Below, piece after piece: positions 1 to 12,668 of a DNA stretch of 64,000 nt (its first letter is position 1; every line of letters begins with the position of its first letter). Position numbers and translations under genes: made by a program. The stretch comes from Octopus bimaculoides (lineage: Eukaryota): assembly GCF_001194135.2 (NCBI RefSeq), contig NC_068988.1, positions 72,977,113 through 73,041,112 of the forward strand, read 5' to 3'. The notes under the pieces are model-generated. The model had not been told where the DNA came from. It searched no databases and saw only the letters and a program-made list of their open reading frames with translations.

Positions 1-499
1 TGATGATTAACAAGACTACAATGTTAAGAGTTGTCTATATTGCTTGTTTGACCAGAGAATGACATTACCTAACCTCTAAGAAAATTCCCCAATCACTGCA
101 TTTAACTCTATTAAGATTAGTTTTGTGCCTTATGTTTGATAAATTAACTTCACTAGTGGTGGTGTTATAATAAACCAGCAGTTGGCAATATAAAAAGGTT
201 ATTTAGTCATGAAAACTTAGTTAAAATCATTCTCAAAATACATATAAATAATTTTCTTTCCTAATAAGAAAAAATTAGATCAGTAATGGTGGATGAAAAC
301 AGCATAATTAAAACTGGGACCAGCAATGATGTGGAATGTAAAAATCTGACTAGACTTTTCTGAATTACCAAACAAAATAAATAAATGCTTCAGATTAGGC
401 ATATTATGCACACCAATTTAAAAGTCATAAGATTACTACGCTATAAACAGAAAGTCCAACTATGCAAAAATAAAAAAAAATTACAGACCACCATATATT

Positions 500-505
<6 letters not shown>

Positions 506-540
<35 letters not shown>

Positions 541-660
541 NNNNNNNNNNNNNNNNNNNNNNNNNNNNNNNNNNNNNNNNNNNNNNNNNNNACACACATA
601 CACACATGCACACACACACACACACACATATATATATTCACACATACATACATACACACT
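506..660. repeat. (TA)n/(CA)n microsatellite spanning an assembly gap (541-591)
   Basis: Directly visible. Similar tracts at 12061, 12258, 14325, 30540, 47689, 48482 and 56425. Confidence 0.95.
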
Positions 661-899
661 AAATGATACACCTTGAAAAAATATAATTTCTTATAACATC
701 AGATTTAAGAAAATTTAAAAGGTTTGTTTCACAGAGAACATGTGAGTCTTACATTTTCAAATCAAATTTTTGTGGCATGATAAAATGAAGAACTTAAAAA
801 TGTTTTTACTTGTCTTCCCTTTAAGATTGTTATAGCTCACATTTTTTTATTCATCCTATCATATAAATCCTATTATCATAACATAAATTTGTGTTAGTA

Positions 900-1243
900 C
901 TTGTATTTGGATTTGGTCATTTTTCTTTTCTTTTTTTTTTTTTGCCAATTAACCACAAACTATATATTTATTCTTCACTTCAGCTTTATTATTATTATTA
1001 TTCCTATTTTAGTGTCCTTCATCTGAAATCTTTTGTCACATATTCTGTGACCTTTTCAGCAACTTACCATCCCATGTGTCTTCTCCTGTTGAGAGTCACT
1101 GAAGAGGTCACAGGATGTGTGACAAAAGATTTCAGATGAAGGACACTAAAATAAGAATAATAATAAAACTGAAGTGAAGGACAAGTATATAGTGCATGTA
1201 GCTAATTCACAGAAAAAAAAAGACCATCTCCAAATATAACAAT
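900..1243. mobile_element. Foldback/MITE-like inverted repeat
   Basis: Arms about 900-1065 and 1093-1243; perfect 36-bp core 1005-1040 vs 1118-1153; about 27-nt spacer. Confidence 0.8.
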
Positions 1244-1692
1244 ATGTTTCAACACACAATTTCACATCAGGAATCTTGCTAAACAAGTACATGTATTAGT
1301 ACTGTTTATTGGTCTCTTTTTACATAATGTAATGCAGTGTACAATGGATGTTAAGGTTAAATATATTTGAATACAGTTCACAAATATGAAAAAGAGATAT
1401 ATAAATGTGGCATATAAAACCTAACATTTAGGTTATAATGCAAGAAATTATATTTTCTCAAGAAGCATCATATATGTAAGCAGGAAGTGAAAAAACAGTT
1501 CTCATTTCTCTTTTGTATAATTAGAATCTCCAAATACTGTTTTGAAAAATAAATGAAAAAAAAAACAAAACAGCATCTACTTTATTCATTTTGATAATTC
1601 AGGAAAGCAAATGTACATTTTTACATTTCCCATTATTGCTAGTCTCAGTATTAATTATACCACTTTCATCTATGCTAAAATATAAATCTTAC

Positions 1693-1887
1693 CCAAGTGG
1701 ACCAGATGTGATGGGAGCATCTGATTTTTTCTGCGCCAAAGTTTTCTTGCTGTCAGAGGGAGACATGTCTGAAGAAGATGATGGTGATGTAGTAGCCAAA
1801 ATATCTTTATTACTTTTGCTTTTGTTATTGTTAGATGACTGCTGACATTTGTTCTTCTTGTTTTTCTTATCTTGTTTTTCTGCAGAT
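1693..1887 (-). CDS. MLLT10: AF10/AF17-family protein, coding exon 9
   Basis: ctctgttgtaaag|A TCT GCA GAA...CTT GG|gtaaga; (R)SAEKQDKKNKKNKCQQSSNNNKSKSNKDILATTSPSSSSDMSPSDSKKTLAQKKSDAPITSGPL(G); 195 nt, open, phase 2/2 matching the exon 8 donor. Confidence 0.85.
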
Positions 1888-2249
1888 CTTTACAACAGAG
1901 AATAGAAATAAGTAGTTTGTAAATATAGAAAATTAAAAAGTAAACAAAAAAATATGAACAAATATTTATATACTATTTATTTTAGGAAAATACTAATTAG
2001 ACATTATAAGCACAAATTTTAATCTGAAAGAACAATAGGCTATACCAGTACACTTGTTGGGGTGAAGGTTTCAGTTTCAAATTAGTGTATAATATCTAAT
2101 AACATTTTTATTAAAATGTTAACCATTAATTTACAAATTAGGAATCAGTACTGTCTTCAGCCTCAACAATTCCTTATATCCCTCCAGACAATAGTACAAG
2201 TTCAGGACATGCTAATGATTTGGTATTGTAACAGAATTAATCAAAAACT

Positions 2250-3692
2250 GCAGTAAACTTCCCAAGCCTGATGGAATGAGATAAAGTTCAAAAGTCTGAA
2301 GATCAAAATGATAAATACCAAAATACTAGTTAATACCAACAAGCACAAAATCCCAAAGTAGGAAGGAAATAAAAGCTGCACACTCAATGGAACATATAGA
2401 AAATAGATTCTCTCAATGTCTGGGGGGATCCTTAGAAAGAGTAGATAGCTACCATTACCTAGGCGACCAAATTAGTAGTGGAGGAGGAAGCTCCAAAAGC
2501 ATAGTTGCTAGAATAAAAATAGGCCGGGCAAAGTTCAGAGAGCTGCTACCTTTGTTAGTAACACAGGACCTCTCCCTCAAAGTGAAAGGCAGATTGTATA
2601 ATGCCTGTGTCCAAACAACTATGCTACATAGCAGTGAAACATGGGCTGTGACTACATGGGACAAGCAAAGGTTTGAAAGAAATGAAACCAGCATGCTCTG
2701 CTGGATGGATAATGTCAGTGTGCATGTACAACAGAGTGTAAACGATTTAAGAGAAAAATTGGGTATAAGAGGCATGAGAAGTAGTGTGAAAGAGAGAAGG
2801 CTACATAAAGTGATCTCTGATTGTGAAGGGAGCCTGTGGAAAGGGGAGACCAAGGAAGATGTGAGACAAAATGGTGAGAAAAGATCTTCAGTTATTCAGT
2901 CTCACTGAGGAAATTACAAGAGACTGAAACATTTAATGATTTGTTGTGCTACAGAAGACACAAGTTAAGTAAAATCATATCCTTTACGGCCATAACCCTA
3001 CTCCCTCTCACAAAATTCTGTCCTCTGGTAAACCTCATACACAACCATCTCCCCAACACCTCCACCAGCCACTGCACCTCGCCCCCGTTCAACATCACTT
3101 GCTATCTCTAAATATTTCCCCTCACACACTTATGGTACATCTCCTCTATCCCCTCTGTGCTACCTATACTCAACAACCTCTGTTCCTTGTCAGTAGACCC
3201 TCTCTTGGTCTCTTTATCTTTATCTCTGTCCCACCTCCCTATGCTTCCTTGTTCTACTGAGGTAGCCAAGTATCTCCCTTGTAGTAATAGAGCTATCCCT
3301 GACCCTCTATCATATTCCAACCTCTTGTCTGGCACACGGCCACTCTCACTCTCGTCTTGCAGGCCTCTTGGCAACCCCATGAGTACTTGGCCAGCACCAC
3401 GTAATAAGCACCTGTACCAGTACCATGTAGAAAGCACCTGTGCTAGCACCACGTAAAAAGCACCCATGCCAGTGCCATGTAAAAAAGCTCCACATAAGAA
3501 GAGCACTTGTGCTGGTGCCACATAAAAACACTCAGTACATTCTGTAAAGTGGTTGGCATTAAGAAAGACATCTAGCCATAAAAACCTTGCCAAAACAGAT
3601 GACTGGAGTCTGGTGCAGCCCTCCGGCTTGCTAGATCCTGTCAATCTGCCCAACCCATGCTAGCATGGAAAACAGATGTTTAATGATGATGA
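2250..3692 (+). mobile_element. RTE-clade LINE, 5'-truncated (RT C-terminus plus 3' UTR)
   Basis: ORF 2387-2908 with YLGDQISSGGG...KFRELLPLL...KGRLYNACV..MLHSSETW; CT-rich 3' UTR; family tail ending in (GAT)n. Confidence 0.9.
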
Positions 3693-3939
3693 GGGGGCAC
3701 ATGAGACTTACTTGTCATCAGGCAGGCTGCACTACTAAAAAAATTCAAGTTAATTTTCATTTGGCATACCATTCAGAAAGTACCATGGGCCACTGTTTGC
3801 CCATAACTGGCATAGACAACTTCAAATGCACTCTATGTACAAGTAGTTAACAGTAAGAGCAATAGATAAAAATGAGATCCATGAATTCCTCACATGACTT
3901 ACTAGATATAATTGATTGTTTCTAATCTAGAATAGCTGA

Positions 3940-4310
3940 ATCGAAAGCATAATTGCTCAAGTAAGCAAGGAATGAAAGGAATTCACAGAAAAGTTACTAC
4001 TGCTGGCAACAGATCTCTTCCAGAGAAAATTAATTGGGATGAATTGTAAGAAGTTTAATGCTATAGGGTATTAAGTGGGTCATTACTCTGAGTATGTCTG
4101 TAGAGGCTGGAGAGAAAGTTTTTAAGTATAGTGGAAGTACAATGTTAATCTGCATATAAAATTTAAAAGTGAGTGAAATGAGTGATTGGATATTAGAAAT
4201 TAATGTACACAAGAGAAAAAAAACTCGGTTGGTATAGACATGTAATGTCATTTGAAGACGAATGCAGATGACAAAAGATTGAACCAGGTGACAATGAACA
4301 GTAAAGCAGA
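3940..4310 (+). mobile_element. Highly degenerate RTE LINE fragment
   Basis: Broken similarity to the same RT C-terminus as 2387-2908 (...ttactactgctggcaacag...; ...ggttggtatagacatgtaatg = LGWYRHVM). Confidence 0.5.
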
Positions 4311-4849
4311 CTTGTTCAAGCTATGCAAGTATAAGTGAGACAAAAAAATGATCATAATAACAATGACTGTTACTTGTTAAAATCAGTATTTTATAAACTT
4401 CCACAGCTTTGGTCAGTTAGATCATATCTCTTACCACAGAATGTGAAACAAAAAGCATAGTATATAAGAGATATGTCAAAGACTATACTATATTGTTGAG
4501 GTTGTAGTGGTACCATGTCATATTTTGCTCATGTCTTAAAGAAGAAAGAACAATACTAATGATTCTATGATTAGTGGCAGGGAGTTATCCTCATATCCAC
4601 AAACTAACCTAACTTCTTGCAACAGAGTCTACTAAAGGTACCCATAAACCAAGTAATGGTGTTAAACTGGGCAGTGGATTAAATCTATGTTTTATGCTGC
4701 TTTTGACTTTTTTTTTACTTAAAATTTCTTACAGTATCAAAATATATATATATTACATTGTCTAGTAAATAAAATTAATATTATAGCACCATAATCAGCA
4801 TTTATTCTGTGTTTATAAATCTCAATAAAATTGAAGCATTGAGAAATGG

Positions 4850-5185
4850 TTATCCATTTTGAGCGTGGCCGTTGCCAGTACCGCCTGACTGGCTCCTGTA
4901 GGATTTTCGAGCGAGATCGTTGCCAGTGCCCCTGGACTGGCTTGTGCGGGTGGCACATAAGAGACACCATTTCGAGCGTGGCCGTTTTCGTGCGGGTGAC
5001 ACGTAAAAGCACCCACTACACTCTCTGAGTGGTTGGCGTTAGGAAGGGCATCCAGCTGTAGAAACTCTGCCAAATCGGACTGGAGCCTGGTGTTGCCATC
5101 CGGTTTCACCAGTCCTCAGTCAAATCGTCCAACCCATGCTAGCATGGAAAGCGGACGTTAAACGATGATGATGATGATGATGATG
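4850..5185 (+). mobile_element. Non-autonomous retroposon sharing the RTE 3' tail
   Basis: Internal subrepeats (gagcgtggccgttgccagt...) then tail ...aggaagggcatccagctgtagaaactctgcc...catgctagcatggaaagcggacgttaaac(gat)n. Confidence 0.85.
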
Positions 5186-5744
5186 GGAGTTGTTTATTAG
5201 CAAATTGTCTTAAGAACCTTTGTGGCACAGGGTCTGGGCAGCTTTATTATACATTGTAATTTGGGTTTAGATGGTTACCAGTGGAAATAAGTCAAAAGAC
5301 TGAGAAAGTCAAAGCACTCTAATAGAGTAAATACATATATATAAATGTATGTGTGTATTGAATACATGAATTAAAATAGTCAAAAATCAAAGCTCATTTC
5401 AATCAAAAACAAAAAGATATACAAACTTATATGTGAAAATTTAATATATATCAGTGGCTTAGCCAGTGTGTGTGCTGCCCTAAAAATGCCAACCCCATAA
5501 AAACATTGCTTTAGACAGACTACTTCCCTCCCCCCTCCCCCAGCAACACTAACCTGATATATACAATTCAATTTACTTTAAAAGAAAAGGAAAAAGAAAA
5601 GAAAGAAATTCACATTTAAACATTTTACAATCTGTGGAACAAAATACTTTTCATAATAAAGATGTTGGTGATAGTAATATCACAAATGATAATTTCATAT
5701 GAACTTTTAATTTCAAGAATGTTTAAGCTGAGAAGAAATTGGAG

Positions 5745-7402
5745 ATAAGCAAGAATTTCAAATAATGTACAAAAATAATTAACCCTAACTATAGTGATCT
5801 ATATGAGTTAGATTGCATATCTTTTTTTTTTTTGCATAATATTTTTGTTTGAGTCCAAAGAAATAACATTTTCACATTTTATATATTTTAGTTTTATTAA
5901 TAAAAAAATAAAATGCATTAATTTTTCTTTGATTTTCCAATCAACATTTTTGTTATTACATGGCTTACATTATTAAAATTATATATCAAACTAATGTTTT
6001 ACAAACTATTTGACCGAAATCCTTTTTTTTTAAATTTGATCTTCATAACTTAACCCAAACCATTCTGTCCATCTCAAATAAAACGTTTCTATTAACAATC
6101 CTTGCAGAACTATTGGTCAACCCACATGAAAACAAGACCAAAATAGTAGTTTGTCATAAAGCAGCAAGGTTAATTAACTTGCTGTCATTAACAAAATGAA
6201 ATACAGCACATTCACTAAGTCATTCCTGACTTTCTGCTTTCTCTGAGAAACAAAATCTGAATTGCATTCAAGTTTTTTAAAAGTGATTATTGTAATTTAT
6301 GAAAGTGCTACAAAGGAAAAACAAGTTGGCAAATATAAACAATGATCTGAGAAGGTAACTTCTTAAAAACAAGGAGAAATTGAATTAATAACAGGGAATA
6401 ATTTATATGACTATATGGATCAGATACTTCACATGTAAGAATATTCTTACTACATTCTTACTATGTCATAAGTCAATATTTCAGATACCATAACAGTCTG
6501 TTACATCTGTATGGTGATGGAAGCAACTTATATGGGGTAACTTTACATTAAGTTGTGGAACATACAATTTCCTGGAATTCAGACCACTGATGGACCCAGC
6601 AAACAAAATGGAAAAGGCGTTGCCTGGGATGATGGCAAGGGAGATGCACTGGAACAGCGACTGACTCACAGGGTTTGCACTTGTAGATAGCCATCTCCAC
6701 CCGAATAGCGGTGAGCAGGGATATGGTCTGGGGAGGGGACACAAGAATATCTCCACTGCCACAAGCTTGACCATAAACCTCTCTATTCTATTTGTACTAC
6801 ACATCTCATATCTGATTTCTTAAGTATTTATCTATGTTGATAATAGTCCCATTTACTGACTTTAACGACACCTGTCACCTCATAACTATAAGACATACTG
6901 TAGAATACTATAATTTTGACTAATATTTGTTAAGTTTGTTTTAAATAAACAGTAAAGCAGCCATTTGATGCATTAGAAATATGCAGAACATTAAATTAGT
7001 ACCAAAGTGAAAACAATAATAATGGACACCTAAAATAATATTATATTTTTTTTTTTGTGCATTCATTATAAGCAAGAATTTCAAATAATGTACAAAAATA
7101 ATTAACCCTAACTATAGTGATCTATATGAGTTAGATTGCATATCTTTAATATTTTTGTTTGTGTCCAAAGAAATGATAATTAACATTTTCACATTTTATA
7201 TATTTTAGTTTTATTAATAAAAAAATAAAATGCATTAATTTTTCTTTGATTTTTCAATCAACATTTTTGTTATTACATGGTTTACATTATTAAAAGTTTA
7301 TATCAAACTAATGTTTTACAAACTATTTGACAGAAATCTTTTTCTTTTTTAATTTGATCTTCATAACTTAACTCAAACCATTCTGTCCGACTCAAATAAA
7401 AC
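5745..7402. repeat. Local direct duplication, about 340 bp (5745-6084 and 7068-7402)
   Basis: Both copies run from ataagcaagaatttcaaataatgtac to ctcaaataaaac, with a few substitutions and indels. Confidence 0.9.
6590..6800 (-). mobile_element. CRE-type non-LTR retrotransposon, RLE C-terminal remnant
   Basis: FMVKLVAVEIF...SANPVSQSLFQCISLAIIPGNAFSIL resembles the CRE terminal consensus F.PVAVET...GDPR...LFQRISIAIQRGNAASIL. Confidence 0.6.
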
Positions 7403-9217
7403 ATTAATACAAATACAACAAACCTGCTGCAAAAACCACCACATTTTTTTGTCTATTATACAGAAAAATTCAGGTTATTTTTATCTCACTAAGGCAATAA
7501 CTAAAAATTTGTACTCTAAAAATTACTTTGCCCTCAACAAATTCTTCAGCCTTTTTCTCTGAGCACTTATCCAAAGTTATAGAAAGAACTTGCAAATGAA
7601 CTTTATATTACCCAGATAAATAACTTTTCTAAACTAGTGAATCACTGAATTTTCACTCCAAAATTTTCAATGTTTCCCAGGCAAGGCACAATATAATAGA
7701 GAGTTTATCTACACTTTAAAAACGTTGCATTCAGCAAAGTTATTTCCCTTGACATGTGCAATGCGTTATGAATGTTTTAGATCTTCTGGAAAAAAAATTC
7801 ATCGGTGAGCTCTATATCTTATGTAAGGTGTATCCCTTGAGCATCTCAGTGTATGCTGTCAATCCACCCCCACTCCTCCAATCATTATTGTTCCCAAATA
7901 TTAACAGCATTGTTCTTTAAATAACACACATACACAGCTCTTCACTTTTACACCATTTCAAAGTGAATCTAATTTAGCAACAATAAAACACTACAAAAAG
8001 TAATGAACTACAACTGCCACAAAGATTGCACATTTTAGAAGTAGATGACCTTTCAATTCCTGATTTCATAGAAACTTTAAATTTTTCATATCATTTAAAT
8101 TGTCCCATAAAACCTCAGTTTATTTCATGTAACCAAGAAAGACTTCAGTCTGCTACAAATTTAATATGACCTACACTACTCATAGGACAAGAATTCATTC
8201 TTTCAATTTAATACAATTAGTATTTGCACATGTAAAGTACCATACCCAGATTTATACCTATATAACACAGAATTTATATGTAGTTATTTATATTATTTAT
8301 ATGATGAGACATTTTGTTCCAGCTATACTGATGATCATGATTCCCATAAGTTTTGAACTTATTATCATTATCAATCAACTTTCCTCATTGAACTCTCATA
8401 ATACAAATATGTTTTATGCCCAAAATATAGTCACTAATTTGAGTAAGATCTCAATCATTAGTTTTTAATAACCATATCTGTGTGACACTAAAATGATAAC
8501 AGTGTTGCTATCTACTTTCTTTTCAAATTAGAAATAATGCAATTTTATATACACCCTTCAAATTCCTAGTCTCTGAAAAAGACAAAAAATCCAGGATATT
8601 GACAGAGATAGCAGAACATTTTAGTATTTAGTTTTATATTTCTATAGTCTAAATTTGAATCCAATCAGAGCAGTTTTCTCCCTTTTTCTCTCAAAAGTTG
8701 ATAAATATGCATTAAAAATGACTGAACCAATGAAACTCTTCCACAACAAAATTGTTTACAAGTAATCAATAATATGAATAGCTTAATTCGTTCCTAGTTT
8801 TTATGTTGTTATTACTTAATATAAATACATTAATCTTAATTCTGTCTTCAGTAGATGTTGGCCATTTTTCTATGTATGTGTATATGTTGTGTGTATTTAT
8901 ATACACAATATAACAATATGCAAGGTAACCAAGCAACATTTAACCAGCACTATTGAGTTGTGTACATGTGTTTACATAACTTGGTTACAGCTAAAGGAGA
9001 CATTATCAACATATGCAAATATGTAAAGCAATAAATTAACAATATCTTAATAACAAATGGGGCCATAAGTAGGATTGTTATCAATCAATTACTGCACATG
9101 TATCTGTAAAATTACCAAATTTGAAGTTTAATTCTCTATGCCAGCACAGTGACAAGTGATAAGAAAGCATTTTACTTTCAACAAACACAGATGTGATAAA
9201 GACATGTAATTTTTTAC

Positions 9218-9837
9218 CTTGATCGCTGTCTTTTCCCCTGAGTCTGCTCAAGGCTGCTATTTACAACTGTTGTTACACCATTAAGTCCGGTTGTTGAAGC
9301 ACTTACATGGTTACCACTAAGATAACTGTCATAGTTACTGGAGAATGTCGTTTGAGGTTGAGAAGAAACCATACTATTTTGAACAGTTGTAACAGTAGTT
9401 GTAAAGGATCCATTTGATGGTGAAGTAAGTAAACGACTGGCTTCAGGTAATACTGTGAATCTAGCATCCATAATAAGTTTATTTTCTGATGCAGTCAAAG
9501 TAGATCCAGGTCCTTTGGAAGCTAGATCAGAACTGTGTTGCGATGTTACTGAAGAATCACTTCTACAGCTGTCATACGATGTGGTAGTAGGTGGAACAGA
9601 ATGATTCTTACTTTCAGCTTCATTAAATCCATCAAATTCTCCAGGTGTTGTGAGAGAGGATTCAGACTGTGTCTGATTTGGCCCTTGAGGAGGAGTAGAC
9701 AATAATTTAGGAGGTCTGCTTCTATCATGAGCAATATTAGGAAGAAGACGTTCCCGATCAGAACTTGTTAATGAGCTGGGATGATTAGACAAATTACTTG
9801 GGTGGAAATAACTACTATCAGCTTTCATATCACGGAG
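9218..9837 (-). CDS. MLLT10: AF10/AF17-family protein, coding exon 8 (Ser/Thr-rich region)
   Basis: tgttttcag|CTC CGT GAT...TCA AG|gtaaaa; 620-nt open frame inside track ORF 9214-9867; low-complexity S/T content; phases fit exons 7 and 9. Confidence 0.9.
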
Positions 9838-10194
9838 CTGAAAACAGAAAGAAAAGCTAATTAGCATTGCTTATTTATCTAGAAAAAGCATTATTTTTGA
9901 AGCAGATGCAACAGAAATTAAGATATTGAATTTTCACTTCTTATATCATAATACATCCATTTAACATCATTGCCCCATGCAAGAATGAATTCAAACAATA
10001 TAAGGTCAAATGCTCATAAAAGCCCTCACTTATATGAGGCCAAACTTTATGGCAGAATGTTTTTGTTTTTTGTCAGTGAGGGATTTATTTTTATTCCATT
10101 AGTCTTCAAAAATGCACAATGAGTTATATCAATGTTCACACATACATACATACATGCATGTATGTAAACAAAAACACACACACACATATTTATA

Positions 10195-12063
10195 TACAGC
10201 AGGGGTGCAAAAGTAAGTATCACATCAATGTTATAATACATAATTCATTAAAATTATTGGCACATTAAATTAGTTAGCCTCATTTTAAATTTTTTCAGTG
10301 TCATTAATCATAATAATACATTCATCACAACTATCTTTTATCTTTTACCAGTTGCAGTCAGAGGCTGAGGCTTGCTGATGTACCGCCTTTACTGCATCTG
10401 GGGATTTTTCTAATATTGCTTCTGGTGAAGTAGCGAGCTGGACATTGCCGCTCTTCTTTGTATCTCCTGCCGTGATGTGGGTTCATCCTGCATTACAGAT
10501 AAAAAACTGTCCAGACGTTTTTTGAAGACTTCCATGTTTACACCTCGCAGATCCCTGATGTTCTGTGATAAGGCATTAAAAAGTTGTGGTCCCTTGAATC
10601 CCAAGCTCTTATAATATTAGGTTTGTATCCTCAGTGGAGAAGACGGGACTTTGGTACTGTGCAGTACTGTCCAGTTCAGGGATTGTTGTAGATTTCGATT
10701 CCGAAATTTGGAGCTAGACCCTCCATTATTTTCCATATGTACAGCACTGCACATCTCTCATGTCTCCTGTCCAGGGAGTAGAGTCCCAGTTACTTTAACC
10801 TCTCACAGTAGCCCCTGTGTTTTACCGAGTCAATCTTCTTTGTGTAGTGGCGTTGGATTGCCTCTAGTTCCACAATTAGTTTTACGCTCTGTGGTGACCA
10901 TAGTTGGGAGCAGTAGTCCAGACAACTGAGGACAAAGGTTCTCCAAAGTAGAAGCATTGTGTCTCTGTTCCTGGTCCTGAAGGATCTAAAGATCCAACCT
11001 GCCACCCATCTGCATAGTGTTGCCATCTGAGCAATGTGCACATGGAAAGTTGCATCAATGCTCAAGTGGATTCCCAGATTGCGCACCGACTAACTTTGGG
11101 ATTACATCGCCTGCTGGTCCCATGTACTTCAGTTGTAGTTTGTTTGTGGGCTGACAGCAGAGTGCTTGAAATTTTGAAGCATTGAACTACATATTATTCT
11201 CATCTGCCCATTTATATATTGTGTTCAGGTCAATCTGCAGTCTTAGGATGTTGGTAGGATCCTTGACTGTCTGTGATACTTTTGTATCGTCAGTGTAGCT
11301 GACTCTAAGGCTGAGGACATGTCCAAGACAGCAACCACAAACAGTAGTGGTCCCAGCACTGTTCCCTGAGGGACTCTGCTGAGGATTGGTGACACTTTAA
11401 AGAGAGCACCATTTGCTGTGACTTCTGACTTCTGCCTTACAGGAAATCATGCAACCACTCTCCCAGTGATACCAAGGTCATGCAATCTGACATATCATCC
11501 CATGCTTGACTTTTTCAAAAGCCTTGGCAAATCGAGATATACCACATCCACATTTAAGTGGTTGAGCTGTTATTTTAGTACAGTCGAAGTGCTGTAGTAG
11601 CTGTGTTAGGCAGCTCCTTCCAAGATGGAAGCCGTGTTGCATGTCTGTTAGCAAGTCATTTTCTTCCAGGAACGTAGTCAGTCAAAAACAATGCGTTCCA
11701 TGATCTTACTAACATGTGAGGTCAGAGAGAGAGGCCTGTAGTTTATAGCATCTGCTCTGCTTCCCCCTTTGTGGACAGAGCAGATTATTCCTTCTTTTAA
11801 TGTTCAAGGAAATGTACTGCATTCAAGGAAACTTTGGAAAAGCATTTGCAATTGTTTTGCATATTTTTAACAGAATTGCTGGGAGTCCATATGGGTCTGT
11901 TGCAGAGTTTGAGTTTATTTCATCAATGGCTGACAATACATTCTCCTATGCAATGTCAATAATCTTTTTATCATAACTTTTAATTTTTTTGATAAAAATA
12001 AAAAAGTATTGTACGAGTTTTCTTTTTTCATAACTGTATACCTACTTTTGCACCACCCTGTAT
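10195..12063. mobile_element. Tc1/mariner-type non-autonomous element split by a CR1 insertion
   Basis: Left TIR tacagcaggggtgcaaaagtaagtat (from 10195); right TIR reverse complement tacagggtggtgcaaaagtaggtat (to 12063); TA flanks. Confidence 0.6.
10332..11910 (-). mobile_element. CR1-clade LINE, degenerate RT plus 3' tail
   Basis: NYRPLSLTSHVSKIMERIV; GVPQGTVLGPLL; LGIHLSIDATF..HI; LDYCSQLWSP; MGFKGPQLFNAL; (TAAAAGA) tail at 10332-10349. Confidence 0.9.
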
Positions 12064-12251
12064 ATATATATATATATATATAGCTAACCACCGACACTTT
12101 TTTTCTGCAAAATAGTAGTTTATCCTGTTCAGGCTATATTATTAGCATTATCCTGCAATTGAGAATTTAAAATCACTTCTTTAACTTTCTAAGACATCTC
12201 AACGCTTCTAAAAGCAAACTTCGTTCGTTTGTTTACGTTTATCGTAATTTG

Positions 12252-12296
<45 letters not shown>

Positions 12297-12334
12297 CACA
12301 CATACATGTACATATATACATACATATACATAAA

Positions 12335-12617
12335 TCTTTTATCATTTACTTGTTTCAGTCATTAGACTGCGGCCATGCTGAGGCACCACCCTGAGGAATG
12401 TTTAGTTGAATGAATCAACCCCAGTACTTATTTTACCACTGTCTTTCACCAAACAACAATGTGATGGGCTTCTCTCAGTTTCCATCAACCAAATCACTAG
12501 GCTTTGGTCAGCCTGAAGCTATTGTTGTAGACACTTGCCCAAGGTGCCACACAGTAGGATTGAACCAAGAACCCTATGATTGGGAAGCAAGCTTCTTACC
12601 ACACAGCCATGCCTGCC
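12335..12617 (-). mobile_element. tRNA-derived SINE (family A)
   Basis: Head gcatggctgtgtggtaagaagcttgcttccc; tail ggtg..cagcatggccgcagtc.aatgactgaaacaagtaaa; same family as 23537, 50478 and 53584. Confidence 0.85.
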
Positions 12618-12668
12618 CCAGCATGGTCACAGCTCTCAAGCTGAAACTAGTAGTAAAGAAAATATATA

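Noticed and set aside
385-671. ORFs rich in YI/TH/CV repeats (also at 14272, 30479, 47632, 53635 and 56377)
   Set aside because: Translations of (TA)n/(CA)n microsatellites and N gaps.
1-1692. Further AF10 exons, including the OM-LZ DOT1L-binding region
   Set aside because: No credible open phase-2 exon with splice sites found; presumed outside the window.
1591-1845. Plus-strand 84-aa ORF
   Set aside because: Antisense shadow of AF10 exon 9.
9546-9734. Second minus-strand ORF inside exon 8
   Set aside because: Alternative frame with no splice or homology support.
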